From the IMG/VR virus record IMGVR_UViG_3300013233_000093, positions 124,001 to 188,000 of that record: a DNA stretch of 64,000 nucleotides, one strand, 5' to 3'. The translations under genes were made by a program, and so were the position numbers. Below, in pieces: positions 1-8,606 of the stretch; position 1 is the first letter of the stretch, and every line of letters starts with the position of its first letter. The notes under the pieces were generated by a model. The model was not told where the DNA came from, ran no database searches, and saw only the letters and a list, made by a program, of their open reading frames with translations.

Positions 1-2
1 CA

Positions 3-683
3 CGCACCTCTAACTCCACTGTGACCAACATCCTTGCACAAGAACAAGCGATCATCTACGCAGCAGCCAACAGCGCTCCTGTCGGTGGATCCACCACCAT
101 CGGTGGAATGTATGTGCGTCCTACCTATTTGGTAGACAACATTGACGCTGCACTGAACGTCGTCTTCCAAAACTCCATCGCCATTGTCGAGAACTTGCGT
201 TCTGTGATGTACAATGCAATGGGCGTGATGGCTGACACCATGGCCATCAGTTCTGGTTACATCACTGCACTGGGCGAGTTCCCACAGGGCGAGCAAGAGT
301 ATGACATCATCGCCATCTGCGATCCTCGTCTGGCTCCTTTGTTCATGCGCTCCGGTGACGAACGTACTCTGGGTGCAAACAACAACTTGATCGTCGCATC
401 GCATTTGGACAAGCGCATGCGCGGTAAAGTATTGTTTTCATTCTCACGTCGTAAACGTGCAGGCGATTCCCAGATTGATCCATTGAGCTGGGGTGCTCGT
501 TACGTTAAGCCACCTATCGTGCATACCGCGAAAGGCATTGTGCGTAACGATGCGATCTTAGATGAGATCCATGTATTGCCACAAGAGCATCACATCAACG
601 TGTTGCCTATCCTGGGACGTATCAACGTCACCAACTTAGAGACTGTGTACAAACACATCTCTAAAACTACTGCACCTGCTTAA
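3..683 (+). CDS. Major capsid protein, C-terminal part (phiKZ gp120-like); 5' end outside the window
   Basis: Frame is open to the window edge; C-terminus HHINVLPILGRINVTNL and RSGDERTLG resemble phiKZ-like MCPs; lies upstream of the nvRNAP/portal block; strong terminator follows. Confidence 0.75.
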   Translation, partial: RTSNSTVTNILAQEQAIIYAAANSAPVGGSTTIGGMYVRPTYLVDNIDAALNVVFQNSIAIVENLRSVMYNAMGVMADTMAISSGYITALGEFPQGEQEYDIIAICDPRLAPLFMRSGDERTLGANNNLIVASHLDKRMRGKVLFSFSRRKRAGDSQIDPLSWGARYVKPPIVHTAKGIVRNDAILDEIHVLPQEHHINVLPILGRINVTNLETVYKHISKTTAPA

Positions 684-698
684 GGTATATTAGTGACT

Positions 699-751
699 TA
701 CACCCACAGGCTTTACGGCCTGTGGGTGTATGCCGTCTTTTCTTTTCTTTT
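699..751 (+). terminator. Hairpin + TATGCCGT + U-tract
   Basis: tacacccacaggc-tttacg-gcctgtgggtgta, TATGCCGT at 729-736, T-rich 738-751. Confidence 0.85.
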
Positions 752-761
752 CCCTGTGTTG

Positions 762-840
762 ACCGTTTATTCAAAACTATATCACTATTATGATAGATAA
801 CGTGTTGTTGTCTTTACTTTAACCAAAGAGAAATAGAATT
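762..840 (+). promoter_or_regulatory. Early promoter cassette copy 1 (promoter + 5' hairpin + RBS)
   Basis: TATTCAAAACTATATCACTATTATGA at 768-793, then agataac-gtgtt-gttgtct hairpin and aaccaaagagaaatagaa leader; core resembles the phiKZ early motif TATATTAC. Confidence 0.85.
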
Positions 841-1413
841 ATGAGTAATTCCACCCAGTCACCTTCCGTCGGTAACCACGTAACCGATATTAAGACAATT
901 AAGATTCGACTGTCCAACGAGGGCGTGATCGAAAACACATGGTCAGATGTGATGAACCGCAAGGTAAGTCTGCCCGAGCCGTCTGATGCACGCCCGTTCT
1001 TAGGAGATAAGCGGGTGTTCGCCCCGCCCGTGTCGTATAGCGACGAACACCGCGTTACATCACAAGCCATCGCCATCATCGATGACTCGGATCAACTGTC
1101 CACAATTTCCAGCGACCCGGTGCATAATAGTGGGACTTTGATCTACGCGCTAGTTCCGTGGTGGATGGCAGGTCATCGGATCACAGACGACCAAGGTCTT
1201 GTCACCTATACAGCAGCAGACGTAATCAATACACTCACCCTACCACGCCTTGGGGAAATTGTAAAACGTTTTGGCGTGGATGTAATTGTAGTCGGGAAGT
1301 ATACATTCCTAACGCAGTCGGACTACGTTCACGACGGCAGTACGATTTGTCGCACAATCGGTGAAGACGGTAACCCTCATGGCGTGTTCTACGTGGCAAC
1401 GCGCGACCTTTAA
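841..1413 (+). CDS. Hypothetical early protein
   Basis: 190-aa ORF bracketed by its own promoter cassette and terminator. Confidence 0.8.
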   Translation: MSNSTQSPSVGNHVTDIKTIKIRLSNEGVIENTWSDVMNRKVSLPEPSDARPFLGDKRVFAPPVSYSDEHRVTSQAIAIIDDSDQLSTISSDPVHNSGTLIYALVPWWMAGHRITDDQGLVTYTAADVINTLTLPRLGEIVKRFGVDVIVVGKYTFLTQSDYVHDGSTICRTIGEDGNPHGVFYVATRDL

Positions 1414-1435
1414 TTAGAAGAGGCGTTTAATTAAC

Positions 1436-1483
1436 AGCCATCTCCCTCTAGAGGGAGATGGCTTACCATGTCTTTTTTATTTT
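1436..1483 (+). terminator. Hairpin terminator
   Basis: agccatctccctc-ta-gagggagatggct followed by catgtc and a T-tract. Confidence 0.8.
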
Positions 1484-1516
1484 CACCGTTTATTCAAAAC
1501 TATATCACTATTATGA
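1484..1516 (+). promoter_or_regulatory. Early promoter copy 2
   Basis: caccgtt + TATTCAAAACTATATCACTATTATGA (1491-1516), upstream of the operon containing the nvRNAP subunit. Confidence 0.85.
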
Positions 1517-1542
1517 ATGATTAATCAATTGGGATTCTTTTA

Positions 1543-3003
1543 ATGATAAACAGAACTGCGAAATACACCTATGGTGAGATGGACGGTACTGACTATAAGA
1601 GAGAGTTGAGAAACACCACAGACCATGCACTGCGCGTTGTAGATGCAAGTGGGCGTACTCAGATACTATCTCCTATAGCCAGGACTCAGTTCGGTAAAAG
1701 TGACGGTTACTTTACCGTGAAGGAAAAACTGTTAGGCAGGGATGCCGGTTCTTATTTAGACATCCCTAAGTTAGACCCGCCTACTGGCGCGGAAACGTGG
1801 ATTGAGATCAAAACGGCGGTGGACGCCTGTACGGTCCTGCAGTCCACTAATGGCATGTATATCGAAGAAGTGGGTTTACATGTATCCACGGTAGACAGTC
1901 GTTCTAGAACCACACATCCGCGCTTTAGTGCGAATCCGTTTAAACAACTAAAGGACAAGCGCGGTGCAGGACTCTCGTTAGAGCTGCTGGATCCGAACTG
2001 TCAGTACGCCACCTACTACGCTAATGTGGGCGGTGTGGTATTTACAGTGATTCCACAGCGTTCACCGGTACCTTCTGAAGATTGCTTACGGCTTACGCGA
2101 TGGGACGGGCGCTCAGGCGACGCAGTCACCACCAAGACAGACGTCATGAAGGCGTTAACCGGTGAGGGCGAGCATGGGATACGGTTATACCAAACCAGTA
2201 TAGACGCCAAGGCGGATGTTAGAAATCCATTGGTCACGGGCAAGGTAAGCGAGTTAGAAACATCCATTGCTAAATCTCGCACCGATAACGAGAAGTTACG
2301 AGAGCTTATTGCTAAGAACAAAGCCAATGCAGAACAGCTTCGCGTAGAAGCAGCCGAGCGAATGGTGAAGTACGAGCAACGCGCTGGACGAGAAAAGGCA
2401 GAAGCGATCGCGGCACGTGAAACAGAGGCACGTAAACACGAAGCACTGATTGCCACAATGCAACACAAGGCATCGTTAGCCGAGTCACGCAGTGTGGAGG
2501 CGGCACGTGTGGCGTCAGAACGCGCTAAGCAGGACGAGGTCAAACGAGTCGAAGCCGTAGCTGCATTAGCAGAGGCGAAACGTGTGGCGGCCGACAAGGC
2601 CAGGCAGGATGAAGTAAAGAGAGCCGAAGCCGTAGCTGCGTTAGCAGAAGCCAAGGCAGAACATCAACGTCGCCATGAGGCGGCCATCAAGAAAGCAGAG
2701 GTGGATTATGAAGCACGATTGGCAAGAGTGACCGCTGAACAAAAACGTGAGGCGAAAGAGGCGCGTGAGAAGTTCGAGAAAGAGCGTGCAGAGATAATTG
2801 CAGCGGAAGTTGCAGAGCAGGTAAACGCAGTAAAAGACAGAGCCCGACGTGAGTTGGAAGCAGAACGCGCGAAACGCCATCGCGCCGAAGAGACCCTTAA
2901 AACCACAGCCCACGCGGTCAAGAAAGAACAGTGGGCCGTGGTTAAGGTTGCCTTAGGCGTGGTAGCAGCAGCATTCGCACTATGGAAAACGTTTGCCACG
3001 TAA
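1543..3003 (+). CDS. Coiled-coil protein with C-terminal hydrophobic anchor
   Basis: 486 aa; long A/E/K/R-rich coiled coil with a duplicated QDEVKRxEAVAALAEAK; hydrophobic C-terminus; lies between MCP and nvRNAP genes. Confidence 0.8.
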   Translation: MINRTAKYTYGEMDGTDYKRELRNTTDHALRVVDASGRTQILSPIARTQFGKSDGYFTVKEKLLGRDAGSYLDIPKLDPPTGAETWIEIKTAVDACTVLQSTNGMYIEEVGLHVSTVDSRSRTTHPRFSANPFKQLKDKRGAGLSLELLDPNCQYATYYANVGGVVFTVIPQRSPVPSEDCLRLTRWDGRSGDAVTTKTDVMKALTGEGEHGIRLYQTSIDAKADVRNPLVTGKVSELETSIAKSRTDNEKLRELIAKNKANAEQLRVEAAERMVKYEQRAGREKAEAIAARETEARKHEALIATMQHKASLAESRSVEAARVASERAKQDEVKRVEAVAALAEAKRVAADKARQDEVKRAEAVAALAEAKAEHQRRHEAAIKKAEVDYEARLARVTAEQKREAKEAREKFEKERAEIIAAEVAEQVNAVKDRARRELEAERAKRHRAEETLKTTAHAVKKEQWAVVKVALGVVAAAFALWKTFAT

Positions 3004-3063
3004 ATTATCATGCACGTTAGTATTCATTAGATCATACTAAGCATCGTAATAGGGAGCGTTTAT

Positions 3064-4647
3064 ATGTTACAATCCGGTTTTATGCAGAGATTAAGGGCAA
3101 CCAAGCCTGTGCTAAATCCTCGTTTATGCGAGGGGTTGGCGCATCATCAATCTCAGACTTATGAGGGGTACATCGACGCCGTGATGAGGGCGGCATCGTC
3201 AGCATGGCCTGAGGCCATAAAGTACATCGGTGCGCGTCGTGCCACCCCTTTGGAGCAACTAGCGGAAGCTTGCCGGGTAAAACGTAGAAAGCGTAACTTT
3301 GAAGTCGCACGCAGCGACTTGTATTTAATGGTGTACGAGTTGGAGTTACATGGTGAGAAACTGAAGCCTCGATTTATGCTGTTGCCCTACATTCGACGTG
3401 GGTCACTTATGCGCATTCGGGCAGCGACGTATCAGATATCACCAGTGGCAGCAGATAACATTCTAACCGTTGGGTTGGATAAGATCTACATGCCAGTAAC
3501 ACGCTCCAAGTTATACTTCCATAAAGTACACGTGCGGTTCAAGGCCAACGGCAAGTTGGTCTCGATGGATACAGTGCATTCGCTTGTCTACAATGTAGAC
3601 AAAAACACACGAAATACGAAGAGACATTCGTTATTAGTGCATTACATTCTTTGCAAAGCAGGCTTAATTGGAGGCCTGAAACGATACTTAGGTATTGATG
3701 TGGTTGTTGGCCACGCAGAGATAAATGAAACAACCTACCCAACAGACAAATGGGTGATATGTGAATCAACAGGCATTGCCCCTAAAGGCATGCGAGATTA
3801 CTATCCTTCAACCCTACGGATTGCTCTGCGTAAAGAAGACGCTACTACGACGAAGCTGAGTATCATCGGCGGGATCTTTTACATAGCGGATCACGAGCCA
3901 GCATTGGTTCTTGCAGAGGAATCTGAGAACATCGCCATGTGGCGAAGGTTGTTGCCACGCTTCATTATGAAGACAGTGGACTCAGAGAAGAAAGCAGCCG
4001 AAAAGATGGAACAGCATTTTGAATCGCTGAACCACTATATGGATGAGCTAGTAAAACAAAGACTTCAACGAGAGGGCATCGCGTGTGATGACATCTATGA
4101 CGTTTTTGCTGATATGTTAACCACTTTCGAAGCTCGGACCTCTTTCGCCTCACCGGCCAATTTGGGAGATAAGCATCTAGAGACCACACGGTTCGTTTTA
4201 TACGACCTGGTAGCTACGATCTTTCAAACAACATTTGCACTCGCTAAGCTCTCTGGGGAGAGGCTTAACAAAAAGAAGGTGGAACAAACACTTGATGGCA
4301 AGTTTCGGTCAGATGCGATCGAACGGCTTTACAAAGCTCATGGGGAAGTCGAGTCAGTAAGTACTCCGACAGACCTCATGGTAACTTCTACAACACGCAA
4401 CCTGGTGCTCCAACACCGGACAACAACTCGCAGCGGCAGCAAGAACGCCGAGATGAGTGATCGTGCGTATGCGTTGCATGCGTCACAAGGACCCGTATGT
4501 GGCTTTGGTCAAATTACCAAATCACAGCCATCTGGCAGGGGATCGATTAACCATTTCTTACCTCTAAGTGAACGTGACGAAGTTGTAATCTTACCCGAGT
4601 TTACAAAAGAGTTAGAAGATCTTGAGAAAAGCATTGGAGTGGAATAA
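3064..4647 (+). CDS. Non-virion RNA polymerase beta subunit, N-terminal part (phiKZ gp123-like)
   Basis: 527 aa; RSDLYL, LLPY..RG, and C-terminal H.SQ...KSQPSGRGSIN motifs; position downstream of MCP. Confidence 0.75.
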   Translation: MLQSGFMQRLRATKPVLNPRLCEGLAHHQSQTYEGYIDAVMRAASSAWPEAIKYIGARRATPLEQLAEACRVKRRKRNFEVARSDLYLMVYELELHGEKLKPRFMLLPYIRRGSLMRIRAATYQISPVAADNILTVGLDKIYMPVTRSKLYFHKVHVRFKANGKLVSMDTVHSLVYNVDKNTRNTKRHSLLVHYILCKAGLIGGLKRYLGIDVVVGHAEINETTYPTDKWVICESTGIAPKGMRDYYPSTLRIALRKEDATTTKLSIIGGIFYIADHEPALVLAEESENIAMWRRLLPRFIMKTVDSEKKAAEKMEQHFESLNHYMDELVKQRLQREGIACDDIYDVFADMLTTFEARTSFASPANLGDKHLETTRFVLYDLVATIFQTTFALAKLSGERLNKKKVEQTLDGKFRSDAIERLYKAHGEVESVSTPTDLMVTSTTRNLVLQHRTTTRSGSKNAEMSDRAYALHASQGPVCGFGQITKSQPSGRGSINHFLPLSERDEVVILPEFTKELEDLEKSIGVE

Positions 4648-5132
4648 TGCAGGAACCTAGTTTTGCATGGGTTTTGCGCAGCGCCTTTAACGGCGTGCCC
4701 ATGGCAGAGATCCCTGATGAGGATAAGGTCTTTGTTCGCGCGTTCAGACTGGCCATTGTAATGATCGCAGGTCATTGTACCATTAGTATGGACTTGACAA
4801 AAGACGACCTAGCCGTCTTACTGGTTCAGTTTGAAGAAGAAGAATGGAAGGGATACTTATCTAAGAATCTTTTCCAAATACTGTACGTACGAATCCAACA
4901 TCACGTAGAAGTGGTGAAGGGCGGACTTACCGATGACATCTTGTCATACCTTGCGTACAGCAGCCTCGTTGCCACTTTGTGGAGGGGGAGAATACAATAC
5001 CCCTTAGATTCCATAAGGGCCGTAGGTAAAGCACACCTGGGATTTGCAAATGACGCATCTCAGGAACTGAAGAAAAAGAGGAAGTATGATGTATCCACAA
5101 ATACAGGGCTATCAAGGCCCGTTCCCGGCTGA
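4647..5132 (+). CDS. Hypothetical protein
   Basis: 161 aa; TAATG coupling to the upstream gene; GGAG RBS. Confidence 0.65.
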   Translation: MQEPSFAWVLRSAFNGVPMAEIPDEDKVFVRAFRLAIVMIAGHCTISMDLTKDDLAVLLVQFEEEEWKGYLSKNLFQILYVRIQHHVEVVKGGLTDDILSYLAYSSLVATLWRGRIQYPLDSIRAVGKAHLGFANDASQELKKKRKYDVSTNTGLSRPVPG

Positions 5133-6549
5133 TGTGAACTACCAGGCGCCGTATTACCTGGACCCGAACAATGCGATCATTGACGCGGCGCAGTTGGCAG
5201 CAACATTGGTTCAACCGCAGCAAGTACAGCAACCCATGTACCCGCAGCAGCAATTGCAACAAACTCAGCAAGTACAGCAACCCATGTACCCGCAGCAGCA
5301 ATTGCAACAAACTCAGCAAGTACAGCAACCCATGTACCAGCAACCACAGCAGCAGATGCAGCAACCGCAACAGCCGCTTAATGCTAACGGGATGTGGCAG
5401 GGCAATGCGGCTATGCCCAATACACACGTGAACCACGAGGTACCGTCAGACGAGTTTCTGGACGACGTGGTTCTGGATTATGCACCGGTTCATGCACCTG
5501 TGCAGCAACCGCCAATGCAACAGGTATTAGAACCCCAGCAACAAGCCCCGCTATCTGAATATCCAATCAATGCGAAGGTATCTGGCTGCCAGTTAGCACA
5601 CGACGCAACTATCTCAACTGTAGTTGCAAAAACCGACTCTATGGGTAATGTTACTCACTACTACGAAGGTGATACAAAAATGCAAGAAAGTTCACACATC
5701 GAAGCTGAAGGTTACGTCATCGAACCCAGCTTCACCCCTGTACAAGATGTAGTTGATTCCAGCGGCAAAGAAAGCGTGGATATCGCACAGCCGTTACACG
5801 TGGAGAAAAAGCTGGTCATCGGTTGCGAGACGCACGTGGCAGGCGGGTTGATTCTAGGTTCACATGCACGCAATGCCAATCATCGCACTTGTGCAGCGTT
5901 GGTATCTATTACATCTCCAGTAATGGCGCTAGACGAGGAGCTAACCAAGCTAATGCTCACAGTGCCCAACGACGCCAAAGAAGGCGCCTTGTGGTTTAAT
6001 ACTCTACAGGGCGTTGGGTTTGAAGAGGGCAGTCGTGGCGCTAAGCTGCTCCGGTATGTGGACACGTTGCTGCTAGCAGAAGCCAACGACATCATTGGCG
6101 TTAACGTCGGACTTGACGTACACTCTGACGATACATACGCGTCCGACGCTGTCGATCTTCGGGAATGCGCTGAGTCTGCTGGTATGGGTGCGATGTACAC
6201 TGCCGGGATTTCCGACGTGTTCAAATACAAGCTGAATGCCGTTATGGATTCATTGCTTGATAACGATAAGAGGACATACTTGCAGCTGCACGAAAGCGCA
6301 CTGATGTGCTTTGTTGACACAAACGAGTTGGACGGGGATGTTCAGCCGGGTTACTTAGCACACGACCTGTTCCCTGAAGTACGCGCTGCTTGCTGTCATG
6401 CAGCCGATGCATTGCGTTCCCTGGACGTGCCACGTTCCTGGTTCTATGTAACCAATGGCGATGGCGTGGTGTTAAAGATCCGCAGAGATCAAACCATGTC
6501 AGAGCAAGTGGCCATGTACAAGATTGTGCGTGTCTACAGTAACAAGTAA
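5086..6549 (+). CDS. Hypothetical protein with Gln/Pro-rich N-terminal region
   Basis: 487 aa; GAGGA RBS; Q-rich tandem repeats; terminator follows. Confidence 0.8.
   Translation: MMYPQIQGYQGPFPADVNYQAPYYLDPNNAIIDAAQLAATLVQPQQVQQPMYPQQQLQQTQQVQQPMYPQQQLQQTQQVQQPMYQQPQQQMQQPQQPLNANGMWQGNAAMPNTHVNHEVPSDEFLDDVVLDYAPVHAPVQQPPMQQVLEPQQQAPLSEYPINAKVSGCQLAHDATISTVVAKTDSMGNVTHYYEGDTKMQESSHIEAEGYVIEPSFTPVQDVVDSSGKESVDIAQPLHVEKKLVIGCETHVAGGLILGSHARNANHRTCAALVSITSPVMALDEELTKLMLTVPNDAKEGALWFNTLQGVGFEEGSRGAKLLRYVDTLLLAEANDIIGVNVGLDVHSDDTYASDAVDLRECAESAGMGAMYTAGISDVFKYKLNAVMDSLLDNDKRTYLQLHESALMCFVDTNELDGDVQPGYLAHDLFPEVRAACCHAADALRSLDVPRSWFYVTNGDGVVLKIRRDQTMSEQVAMYKIVRVYSNK
5218..5338 (+). repeat. 48-nt coding tandem repeat (2.5 copies; QQVQQPMYPQQQLQQT)
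   Basis: cagcaagtacagcaacccatgtacccgcagcagcaattgcaacaaact at 5218 and 5266, partial copy at 5314. Confidence 0.95.
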
Positions 6550-6558
6550 CTCTTATTA

Positions 6559-6620
6559 ACAGCATAGTACCCAACCACGCCATTACGGCGTGGTTGGTCT
6601 ATGTCCCTTTTTTTTATTTT
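6559..6620. terminator. Bidirectional terminator between convergent genes
   Basis: ccaaccacgcc-attac-ggcgtggttgg; followed by TATGTCCC+T on + and TATGCTGT on -. Confidence 0.85.
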
Positions 6621-7150
6621 CCCAACCTGCCGAGGGACAATTGTAAGTCATTTAGTAAGTACGTCATACTTACACTATCGGGGAAGACCGTCTGCAAAAA
6701 CACTCCTCCTCCGATTAACACCACCACTAATATAGACAGTGTTATTTTAAACAACGATTTTGTACCGTTCGACTTACACCCGCCAAGATCACTGTAGTTA
6801 TTATCATTGATCGCACCGAAGGTAATCGGTAGATCGCTGACGTCATCTCTGGGGCGATACTGCACGCTACTGGCGCGTTTACGCATACGACGCTTATACA
6901 TTCTCTCTGATAACTCATACAGCCCCGTTATCACAGTCACCATGATGGTCACGGATAGCAAGATAATGGATAAGATATCAGAAGCAGAAGCACCGAACAC
7001 ATGTAACTTTCCTGCAATGGTTGAGAATATCTCATGGTTTTCAGCTAGGCTTTGTAATGCCATAGCCAATGATTGATCTGGGGCAGGTGAAGTCTGCGTA
7101 AGGGACGCCGCAGCAACCGCTCCACCTGTACCCGTAACTGGCACGCTCAT
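6614..7150 (-). CDS. Membrane protein (2 TM segments)
   Basis: Hydrophobic stretches ILSIILLSVTIMVTVITGLY and ITLSILVVVLIGGGVFL; directly downstream of ruvC. Confidence 0.7.
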   Translation of the reverse strand: MSVPVTGTGGAVAAASLTQTSPAPDQSLAMALQSLAENHEIFSTIAGKLHVFGASASDILSIILLSVTIMVTVITGLYELSERMYKRRMRKRASSVQYRPRDDVSDLPITFGAINDNNYSDLGGCKSNGTKSLFKITLSILVVVLIGGGVFLQTVFPDSVSMTYLLNDLQLSLGRLGK

Positions 7151-7160
7151 AGTACGCCAC

Positions 7161-7733
7161 TCACCGGTTAGATTTATAGACCTCCTTCACTCCCCATAGA
7201 CCTACCGATATAGCATCAATGGAATGTTCATCCAATTCAGCTACGTTAGACGGTAACGTCCAGTCCACACCACTCATAACGGCCGAACGCATAGTCTCTT
7301 TTTGACTACCCTTCCCCGCAATACCCATCATCGCCTTCGGCTTTATAGGCGGAACTTGAATCAGTGGTATCCTCGGATCCCAGTCGTTAACCACACCAGT
7401 GAATATAATCATCAATTCACTAAGCGCCTTAAACGGCACAGGCATGCGTTTAAGGAATGGTGCTTCTGCTACAACAACAGTAGGCTGCCATTCCTCTAAC
7501 ATCGTACGCAATACCTTCCCGTACTCCACAACCACACTTGACCTCTCTCCACACATCTCCGCTTTCCAGGATAATTCACGCAACAAATCAGAGCGTTTAT
7601 AGGTCTTGGCAAACGGGACATTGGTTAGGCCACTGTCCACGCCATAATCAACAATCGCTAAGCCGGTACATGTAGTCCCCGGATCGAGTGATAATATCCT
7701 GGCCCTTTCTTCATAAGGGATATAGCTGTACAT
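7161..7733 (-). CDS. ruvC: RuvC-like Holliday junction resolvase
   Basis: ILSLDPGTTCTG, VVAEAPF and DEHSIDAISVG acidic catalytic motifs. Confidence 0.9.
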   Translation of the reverse strand: MYSYIPYEERARILSLDPGTTCTGLAIVDYGVDSGLTNVPFAKTYKRSDLLRELSWKAEMCGERSSVVVEYGKVLRTMLEEWQPTVVVAEAPFLKRMPVPFKALSELMIIFTGVVNDWDPRIPLIQVPPIKPKAMMGIAGKGSQKETMRSAVMSGVDWTLPSNVAELDEHSIDAISVGLWGVKEVYKSNR

Positions 7734-7760
7734 GTGTTTCTCCTTGAGTATCAGTCCTCT

Positions 7761-8597
7761 TTATGGGTTATAAAAGACCTCAGTACCCATTGAATACTGA
7801 ATGTCGAAGCCGTCAAGTGACAACGGCAGTGTTGTATTAGAAGGAATAAACACAGACACCTGTGCACCAATGGCCTCGTCGTAAGTCACGTTTACATTAC
7901 CGGCAGTACTGGTCACAGGTAAGATGTAAGACGTCACCACAGCGATTTCAGAGATAGAAGCGTATCGTGTATCTCCAAATAAGATGGTGGCCGAGTTAAT
8001 AAGCTCCTGTACCGTCGCAGCGTCCACAGGGATCGATGTAACGGTCTTTACGGAGATACTGGTACCTGTAGTAGCTGTGGCCACATCGTTCGCTAGGATC
8101 ACAGGAACGGGGTCTAATTGGGCAGGCGTGGGAACGTACTCCACGCTGGACACAATGTTATCCACAATCGTATTTACTTCAATCACCGTGTCTGTTTGAT
8201 CCGTGGCAGCGATCCGCTTTAAATAGTACGCGAAGTAATCCACGCCTGACACAGAGATCAGTTTACGTAATCCGTATTGAGTGCGCTGCACTGCAGTGAG
8301 ATCCGCATCGATAGGTCGTACGATAAAGGGCATGGCGTCGAACATATCCGCGTCAGTGGGTTTATGGTCAGCCACATCCACTACAAACAGGTTATTGCTG
8401 TCCAAGCTTCCACGATGAGCCCCGCGACCCACCATGATGTAACTCTCTGTGGGATACGAGCCTTGTGGCAATGGCTCGTCGGGATGAACGTCGTAGTGCT
8501 CGTTCAGAGTAGAGTAAACCATTGGCGCCCAAACGCCGCCTTTGTCACGTACTTGCTCTAAGTACGATCCGTATATTGTCTTAACTGGTTGAAACAT
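7761..8597 (-). CDS. Virion structural protein (phiKZ-like core gene)
   Basis: 278 aa; TLNE, GRGAH, H.PTDA, PF..R...DL...R..Y.LR, YYLKRI motifs; next to the portal block. Confidence 0.7.
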   Translation of the reverse strand: MFQPVKTIYGSYLEQVRDKGGVWAPMVYSTLNEHYDVHPDEPLPQGSYPTESYIMVGRGAHRGSLDSNNLFVVDVADHKPTDADMFDAMPFIVRPIDADLTAVQRTQYGLRKLISVSGVDYFAYYLKRIAATDQTDTVIEVNTIVDNIVSSVEYVPTPAQLDPVPVILANDVATATTGTSISVKTVTSIPVDAATVQELINSATILFGDTRYASISEIAVVTSYILPVTSTAGNVNVTYDEAIGAQVSVFIPSNTTLPLSLDGFDIQYSMGTEVFYNP

Positions 8598-8606
8598 GTG
8601 AATCCT

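Noticed and set aside
2016-3011. Long - strand ORFs (2016-2654, 2706-3011; likewise 4927-5436)
   Set aside because: Antisense shadows of low-complexity coiled-coil or Gln-rich coding sequence
6614-7150. Holin call
   Set aside because: Two TM segments alone are insufficient, and no endolysin is adjacent
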